In this document: positions 31,077-41,275 of the stretch, piece after piece
Layout: every line of letters starts with the position of its first letter
Position numbering within the stretch: the stretch's first letter is position 1
Origin: Candidatus Latescibacterota bacterium
Lineage (GTDB): Bacteria > Latescibacterota > UBA2968 > SICM01
Length of the DNA stretch: 64,000 nucleotides
Assembly (NCBI GenBank): GCA_965217865.1
Contig: CBDCJO010000002.1
Coordinates: forward strand, 5,709,439-5,773,438
Reading direction: 5' to 3'
Notes under the pieces: model-generated
Database searches by the model: none
What the model saw: the letters and a program-made list of their open reading frames with translations, nothing else
What the model was told of the DNA's origin: nothing
Translations under genes and position numbers: made by a program

Positions 31077-31910
31077 ATGAAACTACAAAGACTCGAATTG
31101 AAGAAGGTGACGCCGAATTGCGGTGTTGAAGTGGATGGTATCGACCTTTCGCGTCCGCTCGACAAACCCACGATCGAGACACTCACCAATGCTCTTGCCG
31201 AGCACTGCGTGCTGTTCTTCCGGGACCAGGAGCTGACTCCCGAACAGCAAAAGGCGCTGGGCCGTCATTTCGGTGAATTACACATTCATCCCGCCTGGCC
31301 CAGGTTGGTCCAGGGGCATCCGGAAGTTATGGAGATTTACGCCGACGAGAACACCAAACGGATTGCCGGTGAAGAATGGCACTCGGACGTTTCCTGTGAC
31401 CCGGAACCCCCTCTGGGGACGATCCTTTATATGCTCGAAACACCGCCGGTGGGCGGCGATACCTTGTTTGCGAACACGAATGCAGCCTTTGAAGCGTTGT
31501 CAGAAGCGTTCAAGGGCTTCCTTGAAGGGAAGACTGCAGTGCACGACGGCGAACACGTTTATCGTCGTGGTTATGGAGATGTGAAGGAAGAGGGTAAAAC
31601 GTACCCGCGATCCGAGCATCCGGTGGTGCGCACGCATCCGATCAATGGCCGCAAACTGCTGTTCGTAAACCGTACTTTCACCACGCGGATCGTTCAACTC
31701 ACGCAGCGAGAGAGCGACGCGGTGCTCAAAATGCTTTTTGAGCATATCGAGCAGCCGGAGTTCCATTGCCGTTTCCAGTGGGAGCAAGGGTCGGTGGCGT
31801 TCTGGGACAATCGCTGTGTTCAGCATCACGCCATGTGGGACTACTACCCGAACCACCGACGCGGCCTGCGTGTAACTATCAAGGGTGATGCACCGTTCTA
31901 TCGCGCCTGA
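31077..31910 (+). CDS. tauD: TauD/TfdA family 2-oxoglutarate dioxygenase
   Basis: WHSDVS, GGDTLFA, HPVVRTHP and WDNRCVQHHA; substrate not established. Confidence 0.88.
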   Translation: MKLQRLELKKVTPNCGVEVDGIDLSRPLDKPTIETLTNALAEHCVLFFRDQELTPEQQKALGRHFGELHIHPAWPRLVQGHPEVMEIYADENTKRIAGEEWHSDVSCDPEPPLGTILYMLETPPVGGDTLFANTNAAFEALSEAFKGFLEGKTAVHDGEHVYRRGYGDVKEEGKTYPRSEHPVVRTHPINGRKLLFVNRTFTTRIVQLTQRESDAVLKMLFEHIEQPEFHCRFQWEQGSVAFWDNRCVQHHAMWDYYPNHRRGLRVTIKGDAPFYRA

Positions 31911-31993
31911 TATGGACCGACCACGACTGTAGAGGAAACCATCGACTTCAGCCACCCCCAATCAAAAATTGCGTTAGGAAAGGGGCGTAAGAT

Positions 31994-32437
31994 ATGGTTA
32001 AGGAATTGCTTGTTCTGGTCACCATCTTGCTCTGTGTCCCCTGTGCGGGATTCGCTACGAGCCAGGAGACGGGCGAAGAGAGAATTACGGAGCAGGAGGT
32101 GGCTTGTGAGCTCGGAAGGAATCTGGCGGTTAACTTGGTGGTCGAGCCCGGTGAGGACAAAGAAGGGATTACCATCATAACTGCGACCGAACGCTTCGCC
32201 GTAAGCATTGAAACAGATAAGGATGGAAAAGGGATAAAGTTACACCTCCAGGGACAGATTCGGCTGAGTGACGATCAGCGGATTTTGGTAAGCTATGAAG
32301 TTCGGATACACGGGATTGGCAGCCAAGGCCAATTCGCCTTTAAGTTAGAAGGAAGTGCGTTACTGGAAGAAGGCAACCAGGTGATCATAGCGAAATCTAA
32401 AGATATTGTATTAAAGTTGAGAGTCGGGGGGGTTTAG
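31994..32437 (+). CDS. Exported hypothetical protein
   Basis: Signal-peptide-like N-terminus; RBS. Confidence 0.6.
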   Translation: MVKELLVLVTILLCVPCAGFATSQETGEERITEQEVACELGRNLAVNLVVEPGEDKEGITIITATERFAVSIETDKDGKGIKLHLQGQIRLSDDQRILVSYEVRIHGIGSQGQFAFKLEGSALLEEGNQVIIAKSKDIVLKLRVGGV

Positions 32438-32539
32438 AATGAGTTTAGGTGCTCTTCTCCCATGGCGGGCCGTTGCACCAAGCCACTTTGTGGCTTCGTA
32501 TGATTCAAAGTTCCGGTTGAGAAGGGAGATTCAAAAGAG

Positions 32540-33121
32540 ATGCCAGACACACCCAAGGTTTTACTACTCGGCGACTCCATACGCATGAGCTACCAGCCCC
32601 TTGTTGCCCGTCTGCTTGATGGCAGGGCACAGGTGGTTGGCCCTTCCGACAACTGTCAGTACAGCCTCTTCACCCTGTCTTCGCTGGGTAGATGGATTGG
32701 CGAACTCGGACAACCTGATATAGTTCATTGGAACAACGGAATTCACGACGCGGGACACAATCCTGCCCGAAACCCGGTGCAGATTCCGATCGATATGTAC
32801 CGGGCCAACCTGGAGTTCATTCTCAATATCTTGGTCGCGTGGACTCCCAAGGTGATCTGGGCAACCAGCACACCCGTCCACCCCGACAGACCGTTCCGCG
32901 ATACCGAGTGGTCGTGGCGTAACGAGGAAATCGATAGGTACAATGACGCGGCACTGCAATTGATGGATTCCCGTGGTGTGCCCATCAATGACCTACACGC
33001 GTTGGTGTGGGCTAACATGCCCGAGTTTCTGAGCCAGGATCAGCTTCACTTATCCGAGGCAGGAGAGAAAGCGTGCGCTCAAGCAGCAGCAGACAGCGTC
33101 TCCATACTTCTGGAACCATAA
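32540..33121 (+). CDS. SGNH/GDSL hydrolase family protein
   Basis: LLGDSI, NNGIHD and DQLH motifs. Confidence 0.88.
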   Translation: MPDTPKVLLLGDSIRMSYQPLVARLLDGRAQVVGPSDNCQYSLFTLSSLGRWIGELGQPDIVHWNNGIHDAGHNPARNPVQIPIDMYRANLEFILNILVAWTPKVIWATSTPVHPDRPFRDTEWSWRNEEIDRYNDAALQLMDSRGVPINDLHALVWANMPEFLSQDQLHLSEAGEKACAQAAADSVSILLEP

Positions 33122-33181
33122 TGATGAAAACGGAATATGGCCGAATCCTTTCATCTCTCACACATGTCCAGGAGGTGAACG

Positions 33182-34186
33182 TTGGAGTATAGAAACTTCG
33201 GTTCAGCGGGTGTTAAAGTGTCGCCGATCGCTCTCGGGTTGGGATTCAGGGGACAGGATGATGAGAAGGAAGCCGAACGTGTGATCGTTCACGCGCTCGA
33301 CTCCGGAATCAACCTGATCGACTGTGCCAATATCTACAGTCTCACGGACGATCCCGACCCGCACGCGACTCGATCTGAGATGATCCTCGGAAGAGCGTTG
33401 AAGGGGAGACGCGACGACGTCGTGATCACATCCAAGGTCACCAGCGTCATCGGACCTGGGCCGAACGATTACAGCAGCTCGCGATATCACATCATGCGCG
33501 AGATCGAGCGGTCTCTGAAACGGCTCGACACCGATCGGATCGACGTCTACATCCTTCACCTTTGGGATCCCACCACGCCCATCGAAGAGACGCTCCGGGC
33601 GCTCGACGACATTCAGAGGCAGGGCAAGGTTTGCTACGTAGGGTGCAGCAACCTTGCGGCGTGGCAAGTTGCACTCTCGCTTGGAGTCCAGGATGGGATC
33701 GGCGCTTCGCGATTCATCTGCGTGCAGCACCCCTACAGCTTGCTCAATCGACAGCTAGAGCAGGAGATGTTTGGGCTCGTTAGGCACGAGGGGCTCGGCG
33801 TCATGGCCTACAGCCCGCTCGGCGTCGGTCTGTTGAGCGGCGTTTACAAGCCCGGCGAGGCGCCGCCCGAGGGAATGCTGTGGGCAACCCGGCGCCGGCA
33901 TACGTTCGAGCAGATGACGTCCGGCCCGGCTTCGAAGGTGCTGGAGACCCTTACCGACATAGCGATGGCGCGTGGCAAGAGTCCGGCTCAGGCAGCGATG
34001 AACTGGGTGCTTTCAAAACCGGAGATCACGGTTACGATCTCCGGAGCCGATACCACAGAGCATGTCGATGATGTGCTCGGCTCCCTGGATTGGAAACTGT
34101 CCTCCGAAGAGATGAAGCGACTTGACGAGGCTTCGTCGCCGATGGGAACTGACCTGGACGCTCCCGGAATCGAGCGACGCGATTGA
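33182..34186 (+). CDS. Aldo/keto reductase
   Basis: DCANIY, SLKRLDTDRIDVY.LH, GCSN and AYSPLG. Confidence 0.92.
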   Translation: MEYRNFGSAGVKVSPIALGLGFRGQDDEKEAERVIVHALDSGINLIDCANIYSLTDDPDPHATRSEMILGRALKGRRDDVVITSKVTSVIGPGPNDYSSSRYHIMREIERSLKRLDTDRIDVYILHLWDPTTPIEETLRALDDIQRQGKVCYVGCSNLAAWQVALSLGVQDGIGASRFICVQHPYSLLNRQLEQEMFGLVRHEGLGVMAYSPLGVGLLSGVYKPGEAPPEGMLWATRRRHTFEQMTSGPASKVLETLTDIAMARGKSPAQAAMNWVLSKPEITVTISGADTTEHVDDVLGSLDWKLSSEEMKRLDEASSPMGTDLDAPGIERRD

Positions 34187-34328
34187 CCGCCTGACTGAAC
34201 CTGAAGGCTTTTGTTCCGTCAAAGGATTTTGAGTTGTCCAAAAGATTTAAACATTGGATTTGATCTTATATGACCCGGGTTGAGATCATATGGAAAATGT
34301 GGGTTTACATCTCATTCGTGGAGAAGCT

Positions 34329-34727
34329 ATGGAAAGCCTTCGAAAACAGGTCGAAAACTGTCTGGAGAAATTTCAAAAGGGATCTCTTACGGGGCAGGAC
34401 TTTCAAAGAGTGCTCGATTTCATTGATGGTGGCGAACCCCGGCGCTGTAAGCAGAGTCTGCTCTACATCTATTCCAGGTCCAACTCGGTGACAGGATCGG
34501 CGCTCAGCGTCAGCATCGTCGAGTGCGGGAAAGAATACGTGAAAAAAGCCGAAGCGTGCAACAAGGACCGTAACGGACTTGATGCCGATGGGAACTTCAT
34601 CTACAAATCGGCCTACGAGGCAATGGAGGATGGCTGGCGGGTTATCAAGTTCCCGGAGATGTCGCTGGCGATGGACGAACAGAACAATTACGGCCTCGGT
34701 TACGAGTTTATACTCGAGCGTCATTAG
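34329..34727 (+). CDS. Hypothetical protein
   Basis: AMEDGWRVIKFP...YEFILER; GGAG RBS. Confidence 0.6.
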   Translation: MESLRKQVENCLEKFQKGSLTGQDFQRVLDFIDGGEPRRCKQSLLYIYSRSNSVTGSALSVSIVECGKEYVKKAEACNKDRNGLDADGNFIYKSAYEAMEDGWRVIKFPEMSLAMDEQNNYGLGYEFILERH

Positions 34728-34771
34728 CAAACCCTGACGCGGATTGTTTCAACTTCAAGAGGAGGCTCAAC

Positions 34772-35653
34772 GTGGAACGACGAGCGCCTTACGGTGAATG
34801 TTATGATTGCGAACCGACGCTGTCGGATGTGGAGGTGATCGAGTTCTGCAAGAACGGCTACCTCATGCTCGAAGGCGTCGTCCCCGAGGCGATCAACAGG
34901 AAGACCATCCGTTATCTCGATGAGGTGGACGACTCCGGGGAACCGACGCCCATCATGGGCCAGGAGTGGTTCGTCGAGGGCGTCCTCAAGAACCCTTTGG
35001 CGGCCGGGGCGGTTCGCTCTCTCCTGGGTATGGACTTTTCTCTGCCCGTGATCATCAGCAACCATCGCGTCAAGATGCCCAGGGAGGCCCAGGGGTGGCA
35101 CCGGGACAGTGGATCGCTCTATTCCCGCAAACTCGATCATCTCCAGGTGTTTTACTACCCGGAGAACTGCCCGCCCGAGTTTGGTCCCACCAAGGTCCTT
35201 CCGGGATCACACTTCTTGCGCATCAAATCTCCCATGATGGCCAACTTCGGCCATATTTCGGGCACGGTGTCAACCGCTGCTCCGGCCGGTTCTATTTTCT
35301 TGACCGTGTACTCCATCTGGCATCACCGAAGTACGTCCACGGCCGAATCGTCCCTGAAAGTACCTATTCGCAACATGCTCAAATACAACTACTGGCGCAC
35401 GACCAAACCGAAACGCGACTGGAAGGTCGATCCCGGTTTTGACTTTTCCACGGTCGATTTCAATCCACCCAATCCCCCCTTTATCGAAGGCTTCCAGGGC
35501 GCGGCCGCGGCGGCCCGGATGTTCTCCTGGCTCTGCGGATTGTCCGATCAATATGTGAATAGAGGCGGTCAGTCCTGGCCGGTTGCACCTACTGTTCGGG
35601 ATGGCACGGAGCAGATGGGGATACCCGATGGACTCCGGAAGGATGTGAGGTAA
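34772..35653 (+). CDS. PhyH-family dioxygenase
   Basis: FCKNGY, WHRD, GPTKVLPGSH and WHH motifs. Confidence 0.82.
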   Translation: MERRAPYGECYDCEPTLSDVEVIEFCKNGYLMLEGVVPEAINRKTIRYLDEVDDSGEPTPIMGQEWFVEGVLKNPLAAGAVRSLLGMDFSLPVIISNHRVKMPREAQGWHRDSGSLYSRKLDHLQVFYYPENCPPEFGPTKVLPGSHFLRIKSPMMANFGHISGTVSTAAPAGSIFLTVYSIWHHRSTSTAESSLKVPIRNMLKYNYWRTTKPKRDWKVDPGFDFSTVDFNPPNPPFIEGFQGAAAAARMFSWLCGLSDQYVNRGGQSWPVAPTVRDGTEQMGIPDGLRKDVR

Positions 35654-35815
35654 ATGGCCATCATGTTTTGAAAGTGATCAGCTTCGATCCTGAAAGGGAC
35701 AGCTGGATCATGAGGTCCGGGCTTTATATTTTCCAGGAGCACCCATAGTTCTGCCGCGTATGGCCATCCGAGAAATCTCAGATCAATCGATTCCAAGCCA
35801 GGAGGGTAAGTCGCT

Positions 35816-36184
35816 ATGGCTACCATGTCGTTTCACAAGTCCGCAGAATGGAAGACCGGTCTCAGGACCTACTTTGAGTACCGGGATCTCGGAATCGTAA
35901 AGGCCACCAAGGGTAAGGTCCTCGCGCACGTCATCCGTGCCTGTGGACCTTGCAGCGGTCCCGGTGGCTATCACACCCACGATCTTGAGTTCCAGATGAA
36001 CTACGTGTTGAACGGCTGGACCCGGGTCGAATTCGAAGACGTCGGTGAGGTCCGCTTCGAGGCCGGCGACAGTTGGTACCAAGACCCCAACATCAAACAC
36101 GAAGTCCTGGAATTCTCCGAAGATTTCGAAGTTATCGAGATCACTATGCCGGCGGAATTCCCGACCAAGGACGCGCTACGCTGA
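35816..36184 (+). CDS. Cupin domain protein
   Basis: HTHDLEFQMNYV..GW and IKHE motifs. Confidence 0.85.
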   Translation: MATMSFHKSAEWKTGLRTYFEYRDLGIVKATKGKVLAHVIRACGPCSGPGGYHTHDLEFQMNYVLNGWTRVEFEDVGEVRFEAGDSWYQDPNIKHEVLEFSEDFEVIEITMPAEFPTKDALR

Positions 36185-36224
36185 TCAATCGGGCGGGGGC
36201 GTGCGCGCCTCAGGGAGGTGACAG

Positions 36225-36992
36225 ATGGGAAGGCTTGATGGCAAGGTAGCGGCGGTAACCGGTGGTGCATCGGGCATCGGCGAAGCCACGGTACGGCTCT
36301 TCGTGGAAGAGGGCGCAAGGGTGGCCTTTGCCGATCGCGATGGCACCCGCGGAACCCGTGTGGCGGAAGAGATCAAGGCGAGTGGGGGAGAAGCTTTATT
36401 TGTGGAGACCCACGTGGAGCGCGAAGCCGAGGCGATGGCCTTTATCCAGACTACGGTAGAGCACTTTGGTCAGCTCGATATTCTGGTGAACAATGCCGCC
36501 ATCCGTCTCTACCAAAGCGTGACTGAAGCCAGTGAGGAGAGCTGGGACACCATTTGGGGGGTGAACGTCAAAGGCTACGCCTTCTGCGCCAAAGCCGCCA
36601 TTCCGGCTCTGCGTCGTGCGGGAAACGGGAGCATTGTCAACATAGCCTCTAACAATGCAGTTATAGCGGGCGACAACACGGTACAGTACGATACCACAAA
36701 GGCAGCAGTCACAGGCTTGCCGCGTGGCATCGCCCGAGCTCACGCGGCCGACGGCATCCGGGCCAATGCGCTGTGTCCAGGACCGACCTTTACCACCTTT
36801 CACGAGCGCCGTGCCGCGGCGGCCGGGAAAACCCACGAGGAATTTAAGGAAGAATTTGGACGGCCCCTGATGCTCAAGCGGCCGGGAACACCACGGGAGA
36901 TTGCCGCGGGTGTCCTGTTCCTGGCTTCTGACGACGCGTCATTCGTCACCGGCACGTGCCTGTTTGTGGATGGCGGTGAAACGGCCATGTGA
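36225..36992 (+). CDS. Short-chain dehydrogenase/reductase
   Basis: TGGASGIG, NNAA and YDTTK motifs. Confidence 0.92.
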   Translation: MGRLDGKVAAVTGGASGIGEATVRLFVEEGARVAFADRDGTRGTRVAEEIKASGGEALFVETHVEREAEAMAFIQTTVEHFGQLDILVNNAAIRLYQSVTEASEESWDTIWGVNVKGYAFCAKAAIPALRRAGNGSIVNIASNNAVIAGDNTVQYDTTKAAVTGLPRGIARAHAADGIRANALCPGPTFTTFHERRAAAAGKTHEEFKEEFGRPLMLKRPGTPREIAAGVLFLASDDASFVTGTCLFVDGGETAM

Positions 36993-37053
36993 GGTCACCA
37001 TCCCAGGGTAGACCAGCGGATTGCCGCAGATACCAGTGTTCATGCAAATCTGT

Positions 37054-38043
37054 TCAAATAGTCGCGGTCCTCAATAATTTCCAGACGTCGCTTGTCATGT
37101 TGTTCCCGGCAACGACCCACAGGGCGTCATCGTGTACGAACACGCTCGCGGCATGTCGCGGGGGCCAGGGCGTGTCGGGCAGTTCGTGCCATTCCACACC
37201 GTCGGCAGAATACCAGACATCGTTGCGGTTGTCCAAGGAAGGGTGTGTCTTGTTACATCCCTCCAGCACCCACATCTTGTCGTCGAAAACCGCCACCTCG
37301 TGATACTGCCGTGGATACCACGGAGCACTCTGCAGATGGCGATTCCAGTGAACACCGTCGGCTGAACTCCAGACGTCGTTGTAGAACCTCCGCTCCGGAC
37401 TCTGCGGCGTGTCATACGTACCGCCCCCCAGGATCCACATCCTTTCCTTGAAAGCTACGCTCCCACCGATCATTCCGCGGCTGGGCCAGATGGGACGCTC
37501 AACATCCAATTTCTCCCATGTCAAGCCGTCCGGGCTGGACCACACGTCGTCGTAGAAGTATTCGCTTGCAGGCGCGAATTGCGGCATCGTCTGGCCGCCC
37601 ATGACCCAGATGCGATCTTTGAAGGCCACAGTATAGTGAAGAGCACGCGGCCCCCACGGAGCGTCGCTCGTGACGCATTGCCAGTTCCTGCCGTCTTCTG
37701 AGGACCACACGTCGTTCTGGTAGTGCTTCTGTAACGGGTCTCCGCCGACAATCCACATGCGGTTCTTGAAAACCACGTATCCTGCCGTGTGCCGGCCTTC
37801 CCAGTCCCGGGTTGGGTCGAAGTCCGGCGCCGGGAACCCCTTCTCCAGGGTCCACGTGGCTCCATCCTCTGAACTCCACACTTCGTTGTTGCAGATGAGC
37901 GGGAAGTGGGTCTTGTCGCTCGGGTTCCATCCCCCAAGGAGCCACATCTTCCCCCTATGAACAACGGCTCCTGCTCCGTCCCGAGGCGCGAACGCTGCGT
38001 TCCCGGTTATTCTGACCCATTCGTATGGCATTGTCGTCTTCAC
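37054..38043 (-). CDS. Kelch-like beta-propeller protein
   Basis: About six repeats of R..h...F...MW(I/V)xGG...NDVWSSxDG..W. Confidence 0.8.
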   Translation of the reverse strand: MKTTMPYEWVRITGNAAFAPRDGAGAVVHRGKMWLLGGWNPSDKTHFPLICNNEVWSSEDGATWTLEKGFPAPDFDPTRDWEGRHTAGYVVFKNRMWIVGGDPLQKHYQNDVWSSEDGRNWQCVTSDAPWGPRALHYTVAFKDRIWVMGGQTMPQFAPASEYFYDDVWSSPDGLTWEKLDVERPIWPSRGMIGGSVAFKERMWILGGGTYDTPQSPERRFYNDVWSSADGVHWNRHLQSAPWYPRQYHEVAVFDDKMWVLEGCNKTHPSLDNRNDVWYSADGVEWHELPDTPWPPRHAASVFVHDDALWVVAGNNMTSDVWKLLRTATI

Positions 38044-38190
38044 TCCCTATCTACCCCAGTCCCTGGCAGGCCAGGCCGCCAGCTTCCTGTTATCCTCCTT
38101 GTCTGGTCCAAAATCTCGCCCAGCACAAGATCACCGACGCTCCCTTGAGTCGATTCGCGGTTTGCCTGCATCGTAAACCAGATTTTCCCA

Positions 38191-39921
38191 TCAGGATCTG
38201 CTCGACGCCGGGACATAGTCGGCCGCAACCGATGCCTTCTGTTTTCCGCTCGGGACGGATACGAAAGCCACGTTCTCGCCGTACCTGACCTCCTGCACCC
38301 CCGCGGCGGTCTCGCCGTCAACCCGGACCCCCTGCAGGGTCTTGTCCCCAAAAACCGCCGGGAGCGTCAAACAGAGATCGTCGTGGGATTCCTGCCCGGA
38401 AAGGGCGAACGCCAGTTCACTGCCGTCCCATTTCAGTCCGCCGATCCTCCAGGTATCGCGCGCATCCCAGAACACAGACCACTGGTCGAAGGACCAGATC
38501 GGCATCTCCCGCTCCGCTGCCTTGCGAAGCAGCGCCTGCCCCTGCTGCCGTGAGAACTTCACCCAGGCGCCCGGATGGATGCACACCGCGTGGGGCACGT
38601 GGAAGCGGGTGACGATATCCGTGAAAATGCGATCGAGAATCACTTCGTACTGTGCCGCAGAAAGCTTGTAGGAATAGTCCACCGACTTGAACAGCACGTC
38701 GTCCATAGCGTGCGTGTGCTGCTGAACCACATCCAGAACCCGTCCGTCCTGACGGCAGAACCGCATCGGCACGGCCGCCCCAAACCCCGCATACGGCGCC
38801 CCAGTTCGGTCGCGCATATACGTGCCCGACGTGTAATTCACATCCATGCGGACGCCCAGCCGCTCCATCGCCTCCACGGGTTCCATATAACCCGCCCAGG
38901 CGTTACAGTGGTTACGCAACGTTCGCGTCCGCAGCCCGAACATCTCCTCGAACAGCCGGATCTGCCGCTCGAACTCCGCTATGCGCTCAGCCACGGTCCG
39001 GCCGTCCAGAGGCCGGATGTCCGGATGTGGCCCAACGTCGTGATGCCGGCGATACCGCTCGACATCCGCGACGGTCGAATTCGTCCTGATCGGAATGATG
39101 TAGAGGTTCATCCGCCCGCCCGCGGCCTTCACACAGTCGAACTCCTCTTCGTTCCACGACACCTGCGCGCCGTCCTCGTCCCCCGAGTACAGGAGGATAC
39201 CCCGGGCTGTGCCGGGAAGATGTGACAGCAGCGGAACGGGCGCGGGCATGTGTCTTCTGACCAGGTCCACGAAGAGCCGGGACAGCAGGTCCGCATACGG
39301 AATCCAGGCTGCGTCGCTGGGCTCGATCTCAACCGCCAGGTGAGAGGGCCGTGCGCAGCGGTCTCCCGACGGAATGAACTCCCTGCGCTGCGGGTCCCCC
39401 TGGCGGAGCATCAGCACGCACATCGCCAGGTCGAAAGCGAAGGCGACGATCCGGCCCTTTCCCGTCCTGCCTTCGACAATCCCCGGGCTCTCTCCCTCGT
39501 AACGTCCCGGGTGAGAGAGATAGGCCAGTACCCGGGCCTCCGCCCCGTGTGCATAGGTTCCGGCGTTTCCCACCACCGGCAGCAGCTCCCCGGCGAGACC
39601 CGCCGCCGGGTATGCCGTGATCCGCAGCCGGAGCGGAACCTCCTTCTCCCCGCTGAGTGTCAGCCCCGCAGCGGCGGCCAGCTTGCCATCCGGCAGAAAG
39701 CAGATGACCGTGCCCCCGCGGTGCGCGTAATCGAGAATGGACTCCGCACTCCCGTACACGCCGGCCGGGCAGACCAGCACCGGCACAACCCCGGGGTCCA
39801 TGTGCGGGAGATCATCGCCCTGCACGACATCATAAATTGGCAATCCCCACGCTTTCAGCATCTCCGCCAGGTAAGCGGACATATCCGGGGGATCCGTCAG
39901 AATAGCAGCCCGTATCGTCAT
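38191..39921 (-). CDS. Hypothetical protein (GATase-like N-terminus plus polysaccharide deacetylase-like domain)
   Basis: GDEDG, GPHP, RNH and CIHP motifs; start overlaps the upstream stop. Confidence 0.6.
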   Translation of the reverse strand: MTIRAAILTDPPDMSAYLAEMLKAWGLPIYDVVQGDDLPHMDPGVVPVLVCPAGVYGSAESILDYAHRGGTVICFLPDGKLAAAAGLTLSGEKEVPLRLRITAYPAAGLAGELLPVVGNAGTYAHGAEARVLAYLSHPGRYEGESPGIVEGRTGKGRIVAFAFDLAMCVLMLRQGDPQRREFIPSGDRCARPSHLAVEIEPSDAAWIPYADLLSRLFVDLVRRHMPAPVPLLSHLPGTARGILLYSGDEDGAQVSWNEEEFDCVKAAGGRMNLYIIPIRTNSTVADVERYRRHHDVGPHPDIRPLDGRTVAERIAEFERQIRLFEEMFGLRTRTLRNHCNAWAGYMEPVEAMERLGVRMDVNYTSGTYMRDRTGAPYAGFGAAVPMRFCRQDGRVLDVVQQHTHAMDDVLFKSVDYSYKLSAAQYEVILDRIFTDIVTRFHVPHAVCIHPGAWVKFSRQQGQALLRKAAEREMPIWSFDQWSVFWDARDTWRIGGLKWDGSELAFALSGQESHDDLCLTLPAVFGDKTLQGVRVDGETAAGVQEVRYGENVAFVSVPSGKQKASVAADYVPASSRS

Positions 39922-41099
39922 GAACCTCCCGGCATCTTTCCCGCCGGTCGCGTGTCGCCTGGGCGGAAATTCGGCACTTGCAAAAGGCGGCTGCCCTGAT
40001 CGATGGAGTCCGCAGCCAGGATCGCCGGGGCCGCCGTCTCGATCGCCCCGTACACGTCCCATTCCAGGGGCCGGACTCCCAGCAGGGCATCCCGGAAGGC
40101 CGCGTGGTTATAGTAGTCCGAATCTTGGTGCCCGCTGCCGCGGGCCTCGGACGGCGCGTCCACGGGCTGCCTCCGCCAGTCCACCTCCGCCACGTCGTGC
40201 ATCTGGGCGTTGGCCAGCCACATCTTCGGCCGTTCCCATCCTGACCGCTTCCACTCGACGCACCCCCGCGTCCCCATCACCTGGTACCAGTGGTGCCCCC
40301 CGGATCCCCGGTGCGGCACCATCTGGGTGAAGCTGACCGCCATGCGCAGTATGGCGTCCTTCTCCGTCTTCATCAGCGCCACCTGGATGTCCGGCTGGTC
40401 GATCTCCGGATGGGAGTAGCTCGGGCGAGACGTACTCATCGCGGTCACTTCCACCACGCGATCGTCCAGCACCTTGAGCATCGGGCTGAGTTCGTGCGGG
40501 AGGTAGTGGATCGGCGGCATCTCCTGAAACCACGTCGGCCGGGCCTCCGGATGCTCGGCAAGCTCCTCCACGGGGAAGAACCGGCCGGTCGCCGGGTCCT
40601 GGGATAACTGGTGTGTGCCGTAGTAGCCGAAGTACTGCCCCTCGCAGAACGTCACGCGACCAAGCTGTCCCCCCACCACAAGGTCCCGCCAGGGCTGCAC
40701 GAACCCGTGGTAACGCGTCTGCTCGGCGAGGTTGTAGACCAACCCGGACCGCTCCTGGGCAAGCACGATCCGCCAGCAATCATCCATCGTGTGCGCCGCA
40801 GGCACCTCGGAGTTCACGTGCTTCCCCGCCTCCAGCGCCTGCGCGGCCAGCGCTCCCTGCTCCCTGCACCGCACGGTCACCGCTACCGCATCAACGTTCG
40901 GGTCCGCGAGCATATCTTCGTACCTGGCGTAGGCCCTCACCTCACTCGGACTTTCGAGCACCGCGAGCCCCTTCTCGTGAAGCGCCACGATAGGATCGCA
41001 CACCGCACGGATGCGGTACCCCTTCACCCGCTGGAGCAGCCTCAGCCAGCCGAGCCCCCGGTGTCCCAGTCCGACAAGACCGATTCGGATTTCATCCAT
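39918..41099 (-). CDS. Gfo/Idh/MocA family oxidoreductase
   Basis: IGLVGLGHRG and GKHVNSEVP motifs. Confidence 0.9.
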   Translation of the reverse strand: MDEIRIGLVGLGHRGLGWLRLLQRVKGYRIRAVCDPIVALHEKGLAVLESPSEVRAYARYEDMLADPNVDAVAVTVRCREQGALAAQALEAGKHVNSEVPAAHTMDDCWRIVLAQERSGLVYNLAEQTRYHGFVQPWRDLVVGGQLGRVTFCEGQYFGYYGTHQLSQDPATGRFFPVEELAEHPEARPTWFQEMPPIHYLPHELSPMLKVLDDRVVEVTAMSTSRPSYSHPEIDQPDIQVALMKTEKDAILRMAVSFTQMVPHRGSGGHHWYQVMGTRGCVEWKRSGWERPKMWLANAQMHDVAEVDWRRQPVDAPSEARGSGHQDSDYYNHAAFRDALLGVRPLEWDVYGAIETAAPAILAADSIDQGSRLLQVPNFRPGDTRPAGKMPGGS

Positions 41100-41275
41100 C
41101 GCCTTACTCCTTTCACCCCTCACTCGGAGGATAGCCCTCACCTATATCACGCGATTTCCACTTGCCCAAAGGAGGCATCCACAGCAACAGGCTCCCGCCG
41201 TACCCGCTCTGCGTCGGCCTGCTTGACGTCGTTCCGAGGGTTCTCCGCAGAAATTCCCCCACGTGTATTTATTCT

